Shown in pieces: positions 27,891-39,032 of a DNA stretch of 64,000 bases (positions are counted from its first letter, which is position 1; every line of letters begins with the position of its first letter). Where the stretch lies: assembly GCF_009914755.1 (NCBI RefSeq), contig NC_060942.1. One strand, written 5' to 3'. The translations under genes were made by a program, and so were the position numbers. The stretch comes from the human T2T-CHM13v2.0 reference genome, Homo sapiens. The notes below the pieces were generated by a model. That model saw only the letters and a program-made list of their open reading frames with translations, was not told the origin of the DNA and searched no databases.

Positions 27891-30800
27891 TTAAGAAATT
27901 TAACATACAAATTATCTGTTGCAAAATAGGGCATTCCTCGGTTGAAGCACTAAAAGGACACTCTGGCAGAGACCAAAGGAGAGGACATAAGCACTGCATT
28001 AAAACTCAACAAGTAAGAAAAAATTTTCCCAGAATCCCATCTAGGAGCGTCGGAGCATTTGGACAGGACCTAACACCAAGTATTTCATTAAGTCAGGAAA
28101 ACAGAAATAATTCCATTTTTTAAGTTTCATTTTGAAATAATTTTAGTTATGCAAAAATGCTAATGATAGTACAGAGAGTTTCTGTTTATTCTTCACCCAG
28201 CTTCTTCTCATGTTAACATCTATGTAACCCTGGTACATTGTTCAAAATTAAGAAATTAATATTGATACAAAACACTGTTACCTAACCACTGACTGTTTTT
28301 GAATTCCATTAGTTTTGTTCCCTGCCCAACACTGATGTCTTTTTTTTTTCTCTCTCTTCCATGATCCTATGCAAAATACCACACTGTCCTTAGCCATGGA
28401 TCCTTAATCTCTTCCAACTTTTAACATGTCAGTGTTTCCTTGTTTTCATGACCTCGACGCTTTTGAGGAGTACTGGTCAGTTATTGCGTAAAATGTCCCT
28501 CAATTTGGGTTTGTCTGATATTTCCTCATGATTAGATTGGGGTCATGATTTTTGGAAGGATACAAATCGTTATGTACCTTTTTATAGCTTTTTAACAGGG
28601 ACACATGATATCAACACAGTCTGATGATGTTAATCTTGATCATTTCATAAGGTAATGTCCACTAGGATCATGCACTGTAAAATTACCATTTTTCCTTTTC
28701 CATAATCTCTCCATATATAATAAAATTTCAACCAAGAGTCAAAAAGAGGGGAATTAAACCTCACCTAGTAAAAGAAGAGTATTAAAGAATTTGTAAAACT
28801 ATGTTAAAAGCAGTCACAGTCATTAATAAATAAGCATCTTGAATATAACAAGCATTGCAGTAGATTTCTGAAGATGATTTTCTAGTCTTTCTACATTTTG
28901 AGAAGAATTTTCTATAAGAAAGATTTGTTCTTTCTCACATTTGCTAATTTATTCATATCAGTATGAACTCATAAATATTTATTTTTGCTCAAGTAGTTCA
29001 AATCTTGTTCATTGTGATCTCTTCAGCTTGCCATCCACGCTTTTAGGCATTCCCCTTTATGTATGTATGTATTATTTTATCATGTCCTTATTTTTCATTG
29101 CTATAAGATGTTTCATTCTTATCTTGTGCTTTTCAGCTCCAGTCCTAGATCCAGCTGTTTTTTTTCTTGGAAGCATGGTTATTAAAACTCCTTTTCTTCA
29201 TTTTTTTATTTGGTAGAAGTTGTTAGCTTTATGTTTATATTTAAGTCTATGATTTATTTTGGGTTTACTTTTGTATAATACGTGAGATATATATTGAGTT
29301 TGATTTTTTTGTATATTTGTTTAGTTTTGCTAGTTTCCCTTTCTTAGACTAAAGATATTTCCATTCATTCCTAATTTGCTGAGATTTTTTTAATCAATGA
29401 TTGTTTAATTTTGCCAAATCCTTTTTCTTCATCAGTTGAAACGTTTGTATGATTATTTTTAGTCTGTTAAAATGGCGAACTATCATCAGAGGACTGACCC
29501 ATCTGATTTTCAAATGTTGAAGTTGTCTTGCATTCTGCAGATAAAACCCAACTGGTTGTAATATATTATTTAGTTTATATTTTGCTGAATTTGATTTACT
29601 AACATTTACATTTTTATGTTAAAATAGTTTGATATAAAATATTTTTTAAAATATAAAATACATTAATATGAAAAATTTAAAAATATTTGATATTTTAAAA
29701 TATATGAATTTTTTTGAAAGTTAAAAAACTTTGGTGTTGAATATTTATCTGTTTTCATTTGTTGAATTGTATAAGCTTTTTCAAATTTTCTCTTCTTTCT
29801 TGAATGTCCTTTTGGAAGTGAATGTATTCAAAGTTTTGGTATATTTCATTCAGCTTCTCAGGTTTACCAGCATGGAGTTGAGTTGTTCATCATATCTCCT
29901 TATCATATATTTGCATATTTGGGATCAGTAGTGCTCTTTCTTCTTTCAAATCTGATACCATAAAATACATATTTGTTTATGATGGTGGTGGTGGTTGTGG
30001 TAGTGGCCATGTTGGTACTGTTAATCAACCTCATTAGATGTGTATCAATTTTATTCCTCTTTTCTAATGATTAGTTTGTTTTTATTAATTTTCTCTATTT
30101 CTTTCTGTTGTCAGTTGTATCTATTTCTACTCTAATTTTTATTCTCTTCTTTCTGCTTTCCTTTGGGTTTAATTTGCTCTCCCTTTTCTCATTTTTTAAG
30201 GAGAAAGTTTTGGTTAGTAATTGGAAATCTTTCTTGTTTCCTAATATAAAGCACTTAATGTTATAAATCACTTTTTAAGCACTGATTCATACAATATGTT
30301 TCAATATGCTATGTGTTTATTTTTATTTAATTCAAAGTATTTTGTAGTTTTCATTAGATATCCTTCTTGACCTTGGGTTATTTAAAAGTGTATTGTATAA
30401 CTGCCAAATATCTCGGGATATTTCAGGTATTTTTTTATTTCTAGTTTAATTATTTTATATTCTGGTAAATTATTTCATTGATTTTTATAACTTAATACAT
30501 ATTCAGTTTTAATGGCCCAGAATATATCTTGGTTATGATTACACATACACTTAAAAATAATACATATTCAGCTGCTGTGGGGTACAGTGCTTTATTCATA
30601 TCAATTCAGCATATTGGTTGATAATCTTATACAATTTATCTATAGCTGTACCTATATTTTTCCACGTGTTTTATCAGTTGCTCAGAGAGATGTACTTATG
30701 TTTTGAGCTAGGATTATCCATTTGCATGTTTCTTTATCAGATATTTTAGCCTTCGTCTAATGTATTTTGAGTCTTTCCTGTTAAGTGTATAGAGATTTAA

Positions 30801-31109
30801 CAAGGTTGACCCATTTATCAGTATGAAATATACCTTAATATTCCTGATAATATTACTTGTCTGTCTTCTTTTTATGACATTAATATATCTACCCAAGTTT
30901 TCTTCAATTAGTGCTTGCTTGGTGTATCTTTCCCCATCTTTTGCATTTAACATCTCTATGTCTTTATAGTTGAAATGTATTTCTAGTAGATTGCATACAC
31001 CTGAGTCTTACATTTTTATTTAATCTCAAGATATGTGTGTTTTAACTAATGTATTTAGAGCATGCTCATTTAAGGTACTTTTTAGCATAGCTATATTGAA
31101 ATGTAGCAC

Positions 31110-31299
31110 TGATATGGACAGGAGGCACTAAAACACTGGGTAGAAGAGGGAAGTCCCCAGCAAGAGCCACACCCTCAAGCCTGCACCCGCAGCCCAAACT
31201 GAGAACATGCATTCCTGTTTTCCCTCACAAATGTTGCCTTTTCCAAAACCACCCTGGCCTGTCCCACTCCCATCCTGTATCCATAAAAACCCCAGGCCC
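31110..31299 (+). mobile_element. 5' LTR, U3 start only (rest of LTR and PBS deleted)
   Basis: TGATATGGACAGGAGGCA...; aligns to 34338 onward. Confidence 0.8.
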
Positions 31300-32630
31300 T
31301 CTTTTCCAAGAGACAGATCTGACACTTTTCCAAGAGACAGATCTCTCTTTCTGCCACGTCTCTCTTTCTTTTAGGTGAAAGGAATGTTGGCTTGGTTTCC
31401 CTTCACAGAGCTTTAGCCATCATGTGGGACCAGGACAAGGTCCTCGGGCAACTAAAAGAATCGGCCAAGACTCCCAGATTTTCCTGTGGTACCTTTCCTT
31501 CCTTCCCTCATGGTTTGAAATGGTTCCTATCTGCTTTATAATGTTAAGCGATTTGCTGCAAAATGCAGAGGTATTAAGTAGAATGAGTGTTTGCTTCAGC
31601 AATCAGATATGCAACTCAGAACAATGTGATTTTCGTTTGTTTTTAGAGGGGCCATCCCCACAGCCAACCCAACAGCCACAGGTGCACGTGGCAGAGAGCG
31701 GCTCCCTTTCTCACCCCCTCACCTCCCAACTTGGGTGCCAGGGCATGTCTGCCACACATGTGCACTGTGCCCAATGGCCAAGTGGGGTGAGAGTAAGCTG
31801 CACAGGCCCCCAAGCCCCAGGGCAATCTCGGAGGCCAGAGCACCTGTGCAGCCAGCTGGTCAGTGTCTCCCATATGCCGCCCCTCCTGCCACATGCACAC
31901 TGAGCTTTTCCTCCGCAGGCCAAGGAGTTCAACTTGGTCTGAACTGGGAGAAGGATACAGTGATTAAAGGAACCCATTTGGACAGAGCTACGGGTTCTTC
32001 CCCCAGCCCCCCCAACTTTTTGCACTATAAGCTTTCTTTTTCCTTTTCTAAGTGAGAGGGTTCTTTTTCTACCTCAGCACTCTGCTTGTGATAAAAAGGC
32101 AACAGAAGAGAGACCCCTGCTTGCTGATGACTGCAAATTTGGAAAACCCTGTCTGGGACGTAATCTAAATGAATCCATGCACCCCCCTGAGACAACTTTT
32201 TGTCCTAAACTGAATTCTAAACTTCAGATTGCAGCCCTAGAAAGGAAAACCAGATCTCAGGGATTCAAAGCCAGGCAACAGGCACAATGTAAATGGGCAG
32301 GACTACTTCCTGCCATTTAAAACCTCACTCCATGAAAGGAGGCCATGCTCCATGGCATAGATAAGGCCCAGGGAACTCAAAAGTTGTTAACAGTAGGGAG
32401 GATGGAAGCATGATGTTAGTAGAGATAATTCCTTTTCTCTAGGCCCTTCCTGCTTCATGGGTGCAAGCCACATTGTCACCCATGGATGGCACCTGCCAAG
32501 GCTGTTGAGACTCAGGGACAAAAAGACAGAAGAGAAAGTGGGGATTCCTGCCTTCCCATTCCCTCACACCCCGAGTTTTCACTAATAGAAGGAAGGGAAA
32601 TGAGGGATGCCTATTTCCCTGTCTTTCAGA

Positions 32631-33850
32631 ATGGGCAACCAGCTATCTTCACCACCCACAGTTTATACTCTTCTGAAGTGTATTGAATCACTGAGACTGC
32701 TTTGACCCTCAGACTCTGGAGGAAAAATGCTTCATAGTCCTCTGCACAAAGGTTTTGCCAAAGTACGAAAGACTGGCTTGGCCTCAGGATGAAACCATTT
32801 ATTTCAATACCATCCAGCAGTTGCACCTTCTCTGTAAACAAAAACACAAATGGTCTGAGGCCCCATATGTGCAGGCTTTCATTACCTTGCAGGGCAGTCT
32901 AGACCTTTACAAAAAGTGTAGGATTGATCTAGCCCTTCTGCTGGCCATCTCAGGAGAGGCTGCAAGGGGCAATCCTAAGGAACTAAAGAAAAAAAAAAAA
33001 CCCAGAGGCACCTCTGGTCGGGGAGCCATGTCCCTCCAGCCCTGATCCTCCAAGTCCACCCTGTCCTCCCTATCTAGTTTCTCTCTCTTGCTTGCCCCTT
33101 CCTGGAAATCCTCACCCTGGGTAAGACCCAGTCTCACTCTTGCCCCTCCAACAGATGCCTGGTGATTTTGACCCCCATGACGTCCAAGTTCCTTTTCCTC
33201 TACAGGACTTAAGGTAAATTAAGAGGGATCTTGGCAAGTTTTCAGATGACCCTGTCAGATATATAGAGGCTTTTCAGAATTTAACCCAAGTATGTGAACT
33301 CTCCTGGAAAGATATTATGTTACTTTGAATTAGACCCTGAGTAACACTGAGAAGCATACCTCTCTGCAAGTGGCAGAGAGATTTGGGGATGAGCTTTGTA
33401 TCACATATAGCATCAGAGAAGGGGCCAAACTTTATCTAACTGGAAGAGAAGCAGCACCAGTGGATGACCCTAAATGGGATCACAATGATGAGGTGGGAAA
33501 ATGGAAGAGGAGACACTTTTAAGTGTGCATAATGGAGGGCTTACGTAGGACTAGGACCACGCCCCTCAATTATACCAAGATATCCATGATAAACCAGGGA
33601 TTGGATGAGAATCCCACTGCCTTCCTGGAAAGGCTAAGAGAGGCCTTGTTAAAGCACACCTCTCTATCTCCTGATTCAGTCGGGGGACAATTAATCTCAA
33701 AGAATAAATGTATTACTCAGGCAGCCCCTGATATTAGGAGGAAGCTGCAGAAACAGGCCCTGGGACCAGATAGTACTTTAGAGAACCTCCTGAAATTGGC
33801 CACTTTGGTCTTTTCTAATAGAAATAGAGAGACACATAAAAGAAGCAGAA
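32631..33850 (+). pseudogene. gag: Gammaretrovirus-like (HERV-W/9-related) gag relic with stops and frameshifts
   Basis: MGN start; matrix-like WPQDETIYFNTIQQL..KWSEAPYVQAF; capsid major homology region QGLDENPTAFLERLREAL and ITQAAPDIRRKLQK. Confidence 0.88.
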
Positions 33851-34132
33851 GCTTTAATGGGCACCATGCAAGCCCTCAAATCCCAGAATTCCCAGGGTGG
33901 ACCTGTTGACTGATACAGATGTGGCAAGAACAGTTATCGCTCTTCTAAAGTTTAACTGCTCCCATACAAGTTTTAATTTCTTTCACCAGGGTGAAACATC
34001 TTGGGGTACAATGTTGTTAGTATATTTCAATTCTTATTTTGGTAATCTTTGGCACTAGATTCTTTCCTTGTTCAATACACACTTAACCCATGCATATTTA
34101 ACCTTGTAAAACTTGTTTTTTTCCTCTCTTGC

Positions 34133-34315
34133 CTAGAGGTCATCAAATTCCAAATGGTCAGACAACCAGAGCCTTGTATGATGGCTCCCATTGCCAGGAA
34201 CCATTAGGGTAGATCTCTGGGAGGAATCTGACTGCCATTTTCCCCAAAACAATACCACCTTGTCAGCAGGAAGTAGCTAATAGTGGTTGTCATCCATATT
34301 CTAACAGCAGTTAGA
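34133..34315 (+). pseudogene. env cytoplasmic-tail remnant
   Basis: LEVIKFQMVRQPEP resembles the HERV-W-like TM tail (EAVKLQM..EP) and lies just before the PPT. Confidence 0.5.
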
Positions 34316-34337
34316 TGTGCTTTTCTAAAAGGGGGAA

Positions 34338-35068
34338 AGAGACAAACAGGAGGCAGGGAAATATGGGTAGAATAGGGTGGTCCTCAACAAGGGCCAAATC
34401 CTCAAGCCTGGACTGGTGGCCCAAAGTGAGAACATGCATTCCTGGCCCATCCCACCCTCCATCCTTTGCCTGAAAAAAACCCAGATCCCACTGACAGAGC
34501 AGAGAAGAGAAGCAGCAGCTAGGTGTCAGAGAGAAGCAGCTTGACTTCAGAAGGATGACTCGATGGTGGGACCTCAGAGAAGAGTTCAGCTGGGGACAGC
34601 CAACTTCAGGGGAAGACCAACTTCCCACTCCATCCCCGTTTCCAGCTCCCCATCCTGCTGACAGCCACTTCTACCACTCAGTAAAATCCTTCACATTCAA
34701 CACCCTTCAATGCTTGACTTGATTCTTCCCCGATGCAGGACAAGGACACAGTGTGGGTGCAAGGGACTGTAACATTGACACATTGACCCTCCACTGTTTA
34801 ACACTTAACTCCATGGATGGCAACGCTAAAAAAGCACATTGTAACACATGTCCTCTTGGGCTCTTGGGGTTGCAGGCAACCCGTAGATGCTGCTGCAGGC
34901 CCACACTGAGTTCTGCTCCTGCTGGTTGCCCAGAAGCACTCCTCCTGGCCTCTGCCCCACTCACCTGCACGCTCCCTCTCCTGCAAGGGGTTGAGAGCTG
35001 CGAGCTGAGCAAATGAGCCAAGACTTTTGTGAGTCCCATAAAGAGGTCAAGGGAACTATCCCATTTCA
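34338..35068 (+). mobile_element. 3' LTR (LTR1-like, ~730 bp)
   Basis: Follows the PPT; ends gggaactatcccatttca. Confidence 0.82.
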
Positions 35069-35404
35069 GCATCTTGCCAGGAATTTTTTTCTTTGTTTCC
35101 AACTGTTCTTTGTTTTATCTTCTTTGTCTGCCTTCTCTGGGTTTACATGAGCATTTTTTATTATTCAATTTTCTCTTCTCTGTTGATGTATTAATATTTT
35201 CTCTTTTAGAAAACTGTGTAGTGGTTGCCCCTGGTTTACAATATACATTTTTAAATAATCTGTGTCTATACTTCATCAGGAAGGTAAGATCTTTATAAAA
35301 ATATATTCTCTTTTCCTCTCCCCTCTTTATAGTTTTTCATACTTTTCACTTTTAAATACGCTGTAAACACAAAATACACTGCTACATTTTTTGTTTTAAA
35401 CAGT

Positions 35405-35944
35405 TATCAAAGAATAATAAGCCCTTGGACCCCAAAATCACTAAGCCACAGAGAAGAGTCAAGCTGGGAGCTGCTTAGGGCAAACCTGCCTCCCATTCTA
35501 TTCCTAAAAAAGATAGCTACTAAGATAAAAAAGCTACATATCTCCCTCATGAGGAATTTCCTTGTGGAAAAAGGACAGACAGAACTCAAAGTCATCCCTC
35601 TGCTCACTGAGATAAATGCATATCTGATTGCCTCCTTTGGAAAGGCTAATCAGAAACTCAGAAGAATGCAACCATTTGTCTCTCATTGACCTATGACTTG
35701 GAAGCCCCCCACAGTTTCGCTTCCAGTTGTATCACCTTTTCAGATGGAACCAGTTTTCGTCTTAACATATATTGATTGATGTCTCATGTATCCCTAAAAT
35801 GTATAAAACCAAGTTGTGCCCTGAACACCTTGGACACATGTCATCAGGACATCCTGAGTCTGTCTCATGGGCGTGCATCTTTAACTTTGGCCAAATAAAC
35901 TTCCTAAACTGATGGAGACCTGTCTCAGATATTTATGGTTCACA
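35405..35944 (+). mobile_element. MER4A-like solo LTR
   Basis: ccccaaaatcactaagc...tcaagctggga..gcttagggcaaacctgcc; ends ggttcaca; TSD CAGT on both sides. Confidence 0.85.
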
Positions 35945-36250
35945 CAGTTATTGCTTAGAAAAATTTTTAAAAATTGAGAAAAATAATCATATTTTATATG
36001 ATTTTTTTTCTTTTGTCCAAGGAACTTCCTTCTAGTAAAAGGTATCCTGTTGCCAATAGATTTCCTCAGTTTTTGCTTGTCTGAGAAAATCTTTATTTCT
36101 CCATCTTTTTTTTGGTTTGTTTTTTCAAAATATTGTCACTGACTATGCAATTCTGGATTGCAGGGTTTTTCTTAAGCTCTTAAACTTGTTACTTTGTCAT
36201 CTTGCTTGAGTGATTCCTGAACAAGAAGACTGCTGTAAGTTTTAAGCTTA

Positions 36251-37612
36251 TGTAAACCAAAGAGAAAACCCTAAGCCTCCCAACTGACTGAACAGACACC
36301 CTCTTGGCCAAAGGAACCGTGCAGTAACCTGAAAAACTAAATTCCTGGCCATGACTGAAAGGCAGGTTAGATACACCTCACTACACTTCCTTCTTTTTAG
36401 AGTTCAGTCACAACTGACAAACATTATGATTAAAATAGAGATCATAAGACTGACAAAACAGACTCTTTGTGACAGTAATATATCAAATTATAAACATGAC
36501 CTAAAGTCATGCAAGGCATGGGTTCAGTCATGCTTTATAAACTGTGAAATCTCATAAAGGGTTTTTTTTTGTTCTTTTTTGTTTTTTGTTTTAATTAGCG
36601 TGGTATAATGTGGCTTACTTTTCAACCTGACCCTGGTATAGCATCACATGACAGACAGCAGACCATGAAAGAAATTAAAATATGTTACTCCAAAACATAT
36701 TTATTTGAAATAGCCCTGTAAAGCTGCTTTTTGTGGGGGAAGTTTGCATTTGAATCTGTAGAGAATCTCCATTAAAGCAACCAGGCCTTCCCTTTCTAGA
36801 GCTTTCCAGGATCTAGGAAAGATTAACTGAGAACCTGAGCTTTTAAGGTCTGAAAAGAGACATTTATCTCTGTTCTCTCTGAGGGCTGTTACCTGTGAGG
36901 CTTCATCTACGTAACAAGTGCCTTGACCCCCCACAACTTGCCTTATCTCAACTCAAGCATTCCTTCCTACTGACTTCAAGTCTTTTTTTTTTTTTTTTTT
37001 TTTTTTGAGACGGAGTCTCACTCTGTCGCCCAGGCTGGAGGGCAGTGGCGTGATCTTGGCTCACTGCAACCCTCCTGGGTTCATGCCATTCTCCTGCCTC
37101 AGCCTCCGAAGTAGCTGGGACTACAGGCGCCCGCCCCCATGCCTGGCTAATTTTCCGTATTTTTAGTAAAGACGGGGTTTCACCGTGTTAGCCAGGATGG
37201 TCTCGATCTGCTGGCCTCGTGATCCACCCGCCTTGACCTCCCAAAGTGCTGGGATTACAGGCGTGTGCTACCACGCCTGGCCCTGACTTCAAGTCTTTAG
37301 ACAAAAGCTCAACTTTCTCAACCAATTATCAGCCAAAGAATCTCCAAACCCACCTTTGACTTGTAAGTTCTCCACTTTGAGATGAGATGTCACACCTTTT
37401 CAGGTCCAACCAATCTATACTTAGCATTTTTTTATTTATGTCTTTGCCTGTAACTCCTGTCTCCCTAAAATGTACGAAACCTTGGACTGCCTTGGAACCT
37501 CTTACTCAAGGCTTCTTGGGTTTGTGTTTTCTCAGGGCCATAGTAGTCACTCATATTGGCTCAGAATAAACTCCTTCAAAACATTTTACAGTGTTAGATT
37601 TTTTAATTAATA
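36251..37612 (+). mobile_element. MER4-group solo LTR (TGTAAACCAAA start) containing an Alu
   Basis: Start motif; gtcactcatattggctcagaataaac near the 3' end; TSD CTTA/TTTA. Confidence 0.8.
36986..37282 (-). mobile_element. AluY-like element inserted in the LTR
   Basis: TSD CTGACTTCAAGTCTTT at 36970 and 37283; long poly-T. Confidence 0.92.
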
Positions 37613-38500
37613 TTTATTTTTCTCTAGGTAATGTGTTTTTCTTACTTTGTCTGCCTTCAATATTTTCTGTTGTTGATTTTCATCTGGTTGAAGGTGACAT
37701 GCTTAGGTTTTAGTTTGTTTATTTCTGTTTATTTATGTATTTTTTGAAATTGTCCTTCTTTGGTGTTTTGTGACATTTAAACATGTAAGTTGAAATACAT
37801 CAGTAATTTAGAAAAAAAATTTGGCCACTATTTCTTAAGCATTTTTTCTGCTCACATTTCTTCTTTTCTGGAGTTCCAATTATACATATACTATACAGTT
37901 TGATATACATATCTTAAATATGTTGTTTTTTTCCCACTTTTTTCATTTTATCTATCACTTGTGTAATTTCTGTTGATCTATCTTTAATCTCTCTAATGTT
38001 TTTCTCCATTATGTCAAATCCTCTAGTGATCCTGTCAAAAATGTTCTTTATTTTCAATCTTGTGCAGTTTCTTTGTGTTTGTTTGTTTTTATTTCTAACA
38101 TTCCCATTTGATTCATTTTTATAGTTTCCTTCTCTCTGATAAAAATACTTCTCTGATGTTGCATGTTATCTATTTTTTTGTGTTATAGCTTTTAGCATAT
38201 TAATGTTGGCTATTTTAATTTATCTCTGATAGTTCACACATTTATATCATCTTTCAGTCTGGTTTGATGAATGCTTTTTCTCTTCAGACTGTGCTTTATG
38301 TGCCTTGCTTTTTTTTTCTTGGAAGTCAAGTATTTTTTTATCAAACAGTAGATACTAAGGTAAAAATTGTTGAGACTTAAAAACAAGTATAGCTTTTCCC
38401 TTGCATGGACGTTTTTGGGGGAAATTGTATTAATGCAGAGAGAAAGTTTCTTGCTTGTCTCCTTTTAGATGAAGAATTTTTGGTTTCATGCAGGGAAGAC

Positions 38501-39032
38501 TATAATGGCCGAGATAGCCTTAGGCTGTCCTCAGCTTGTCTAAACTTTAAACAGTCCTCTTTCTGATTTTAGGTCCCTGACTCCCCCATTTTTTAGAGAA
38601 TTTACTTTAGAAAACTTGTAGCTGTAAATTCTTTTTTTCTCCTTTGAGATATAAATCTCCTAGACTCTTGCCAGTTTTATAACCCAAGAATGTCTTTTCA
38701 AGGATCTAGGAGGCATTTCTTTGAAATGTAACCATCAGAAAAGGTAGAAATGTTATCCCCCAGTTTCTCTTGGAGGTTAGGAGCCTAACTTCCATAAGCA
38801 CCAATTAGCAAACAAAAATAACCCAATCACATTGAGCAACCATCCCTCTAAAGTCCTCCAGAACTTTTCCATTTGCTCATCCAATGTTTAAAAATCCTCC
38901 CACCTTTTGTTTCAGTGGAGAAAAATTCTTTCTCTCTTGTTTTAATAGTCTTGACAAAGTCTTAATAAAAAGCTCTGAATAAAGACTTTGTCATTTTTAA
39001 CAAAGGTCATAGCAATTTTTTTTTTTTTGACA
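38501..39032 (+). mobile_element. MER31-like solo LTR
   Basis: ctcagcttgtctaaacttt...tttactttagaaaacttg...; ends tttttgaca. Confidence 0.7.

Larger units (their letters stand above)
31110..35068 (+). mobile_element. Deleted ERV1 provirus, LTR1/HUERS-P-like: partial 5' LTR, leader, gag relic, env tail, PPT, 3' LTR; no pol
   Basis: Homologous LTR starts at 31110 and 34338; PPT aaaagggggaa at 34327; 4-bp TSD GCAC/GCAT. Confidence 0.85.

Noticed and set aside
29580-29730. Extremely AT-rich tract (also 15360-15460)
   Set aside because: Ordinary low-complexity expansion within or next to L1
31424-31903. 159-aa ORF, the longest in the window
   Set aside because: GTG start in the GC-richer ERV leader, with overlapping ORFs on both strands; no domain recognised
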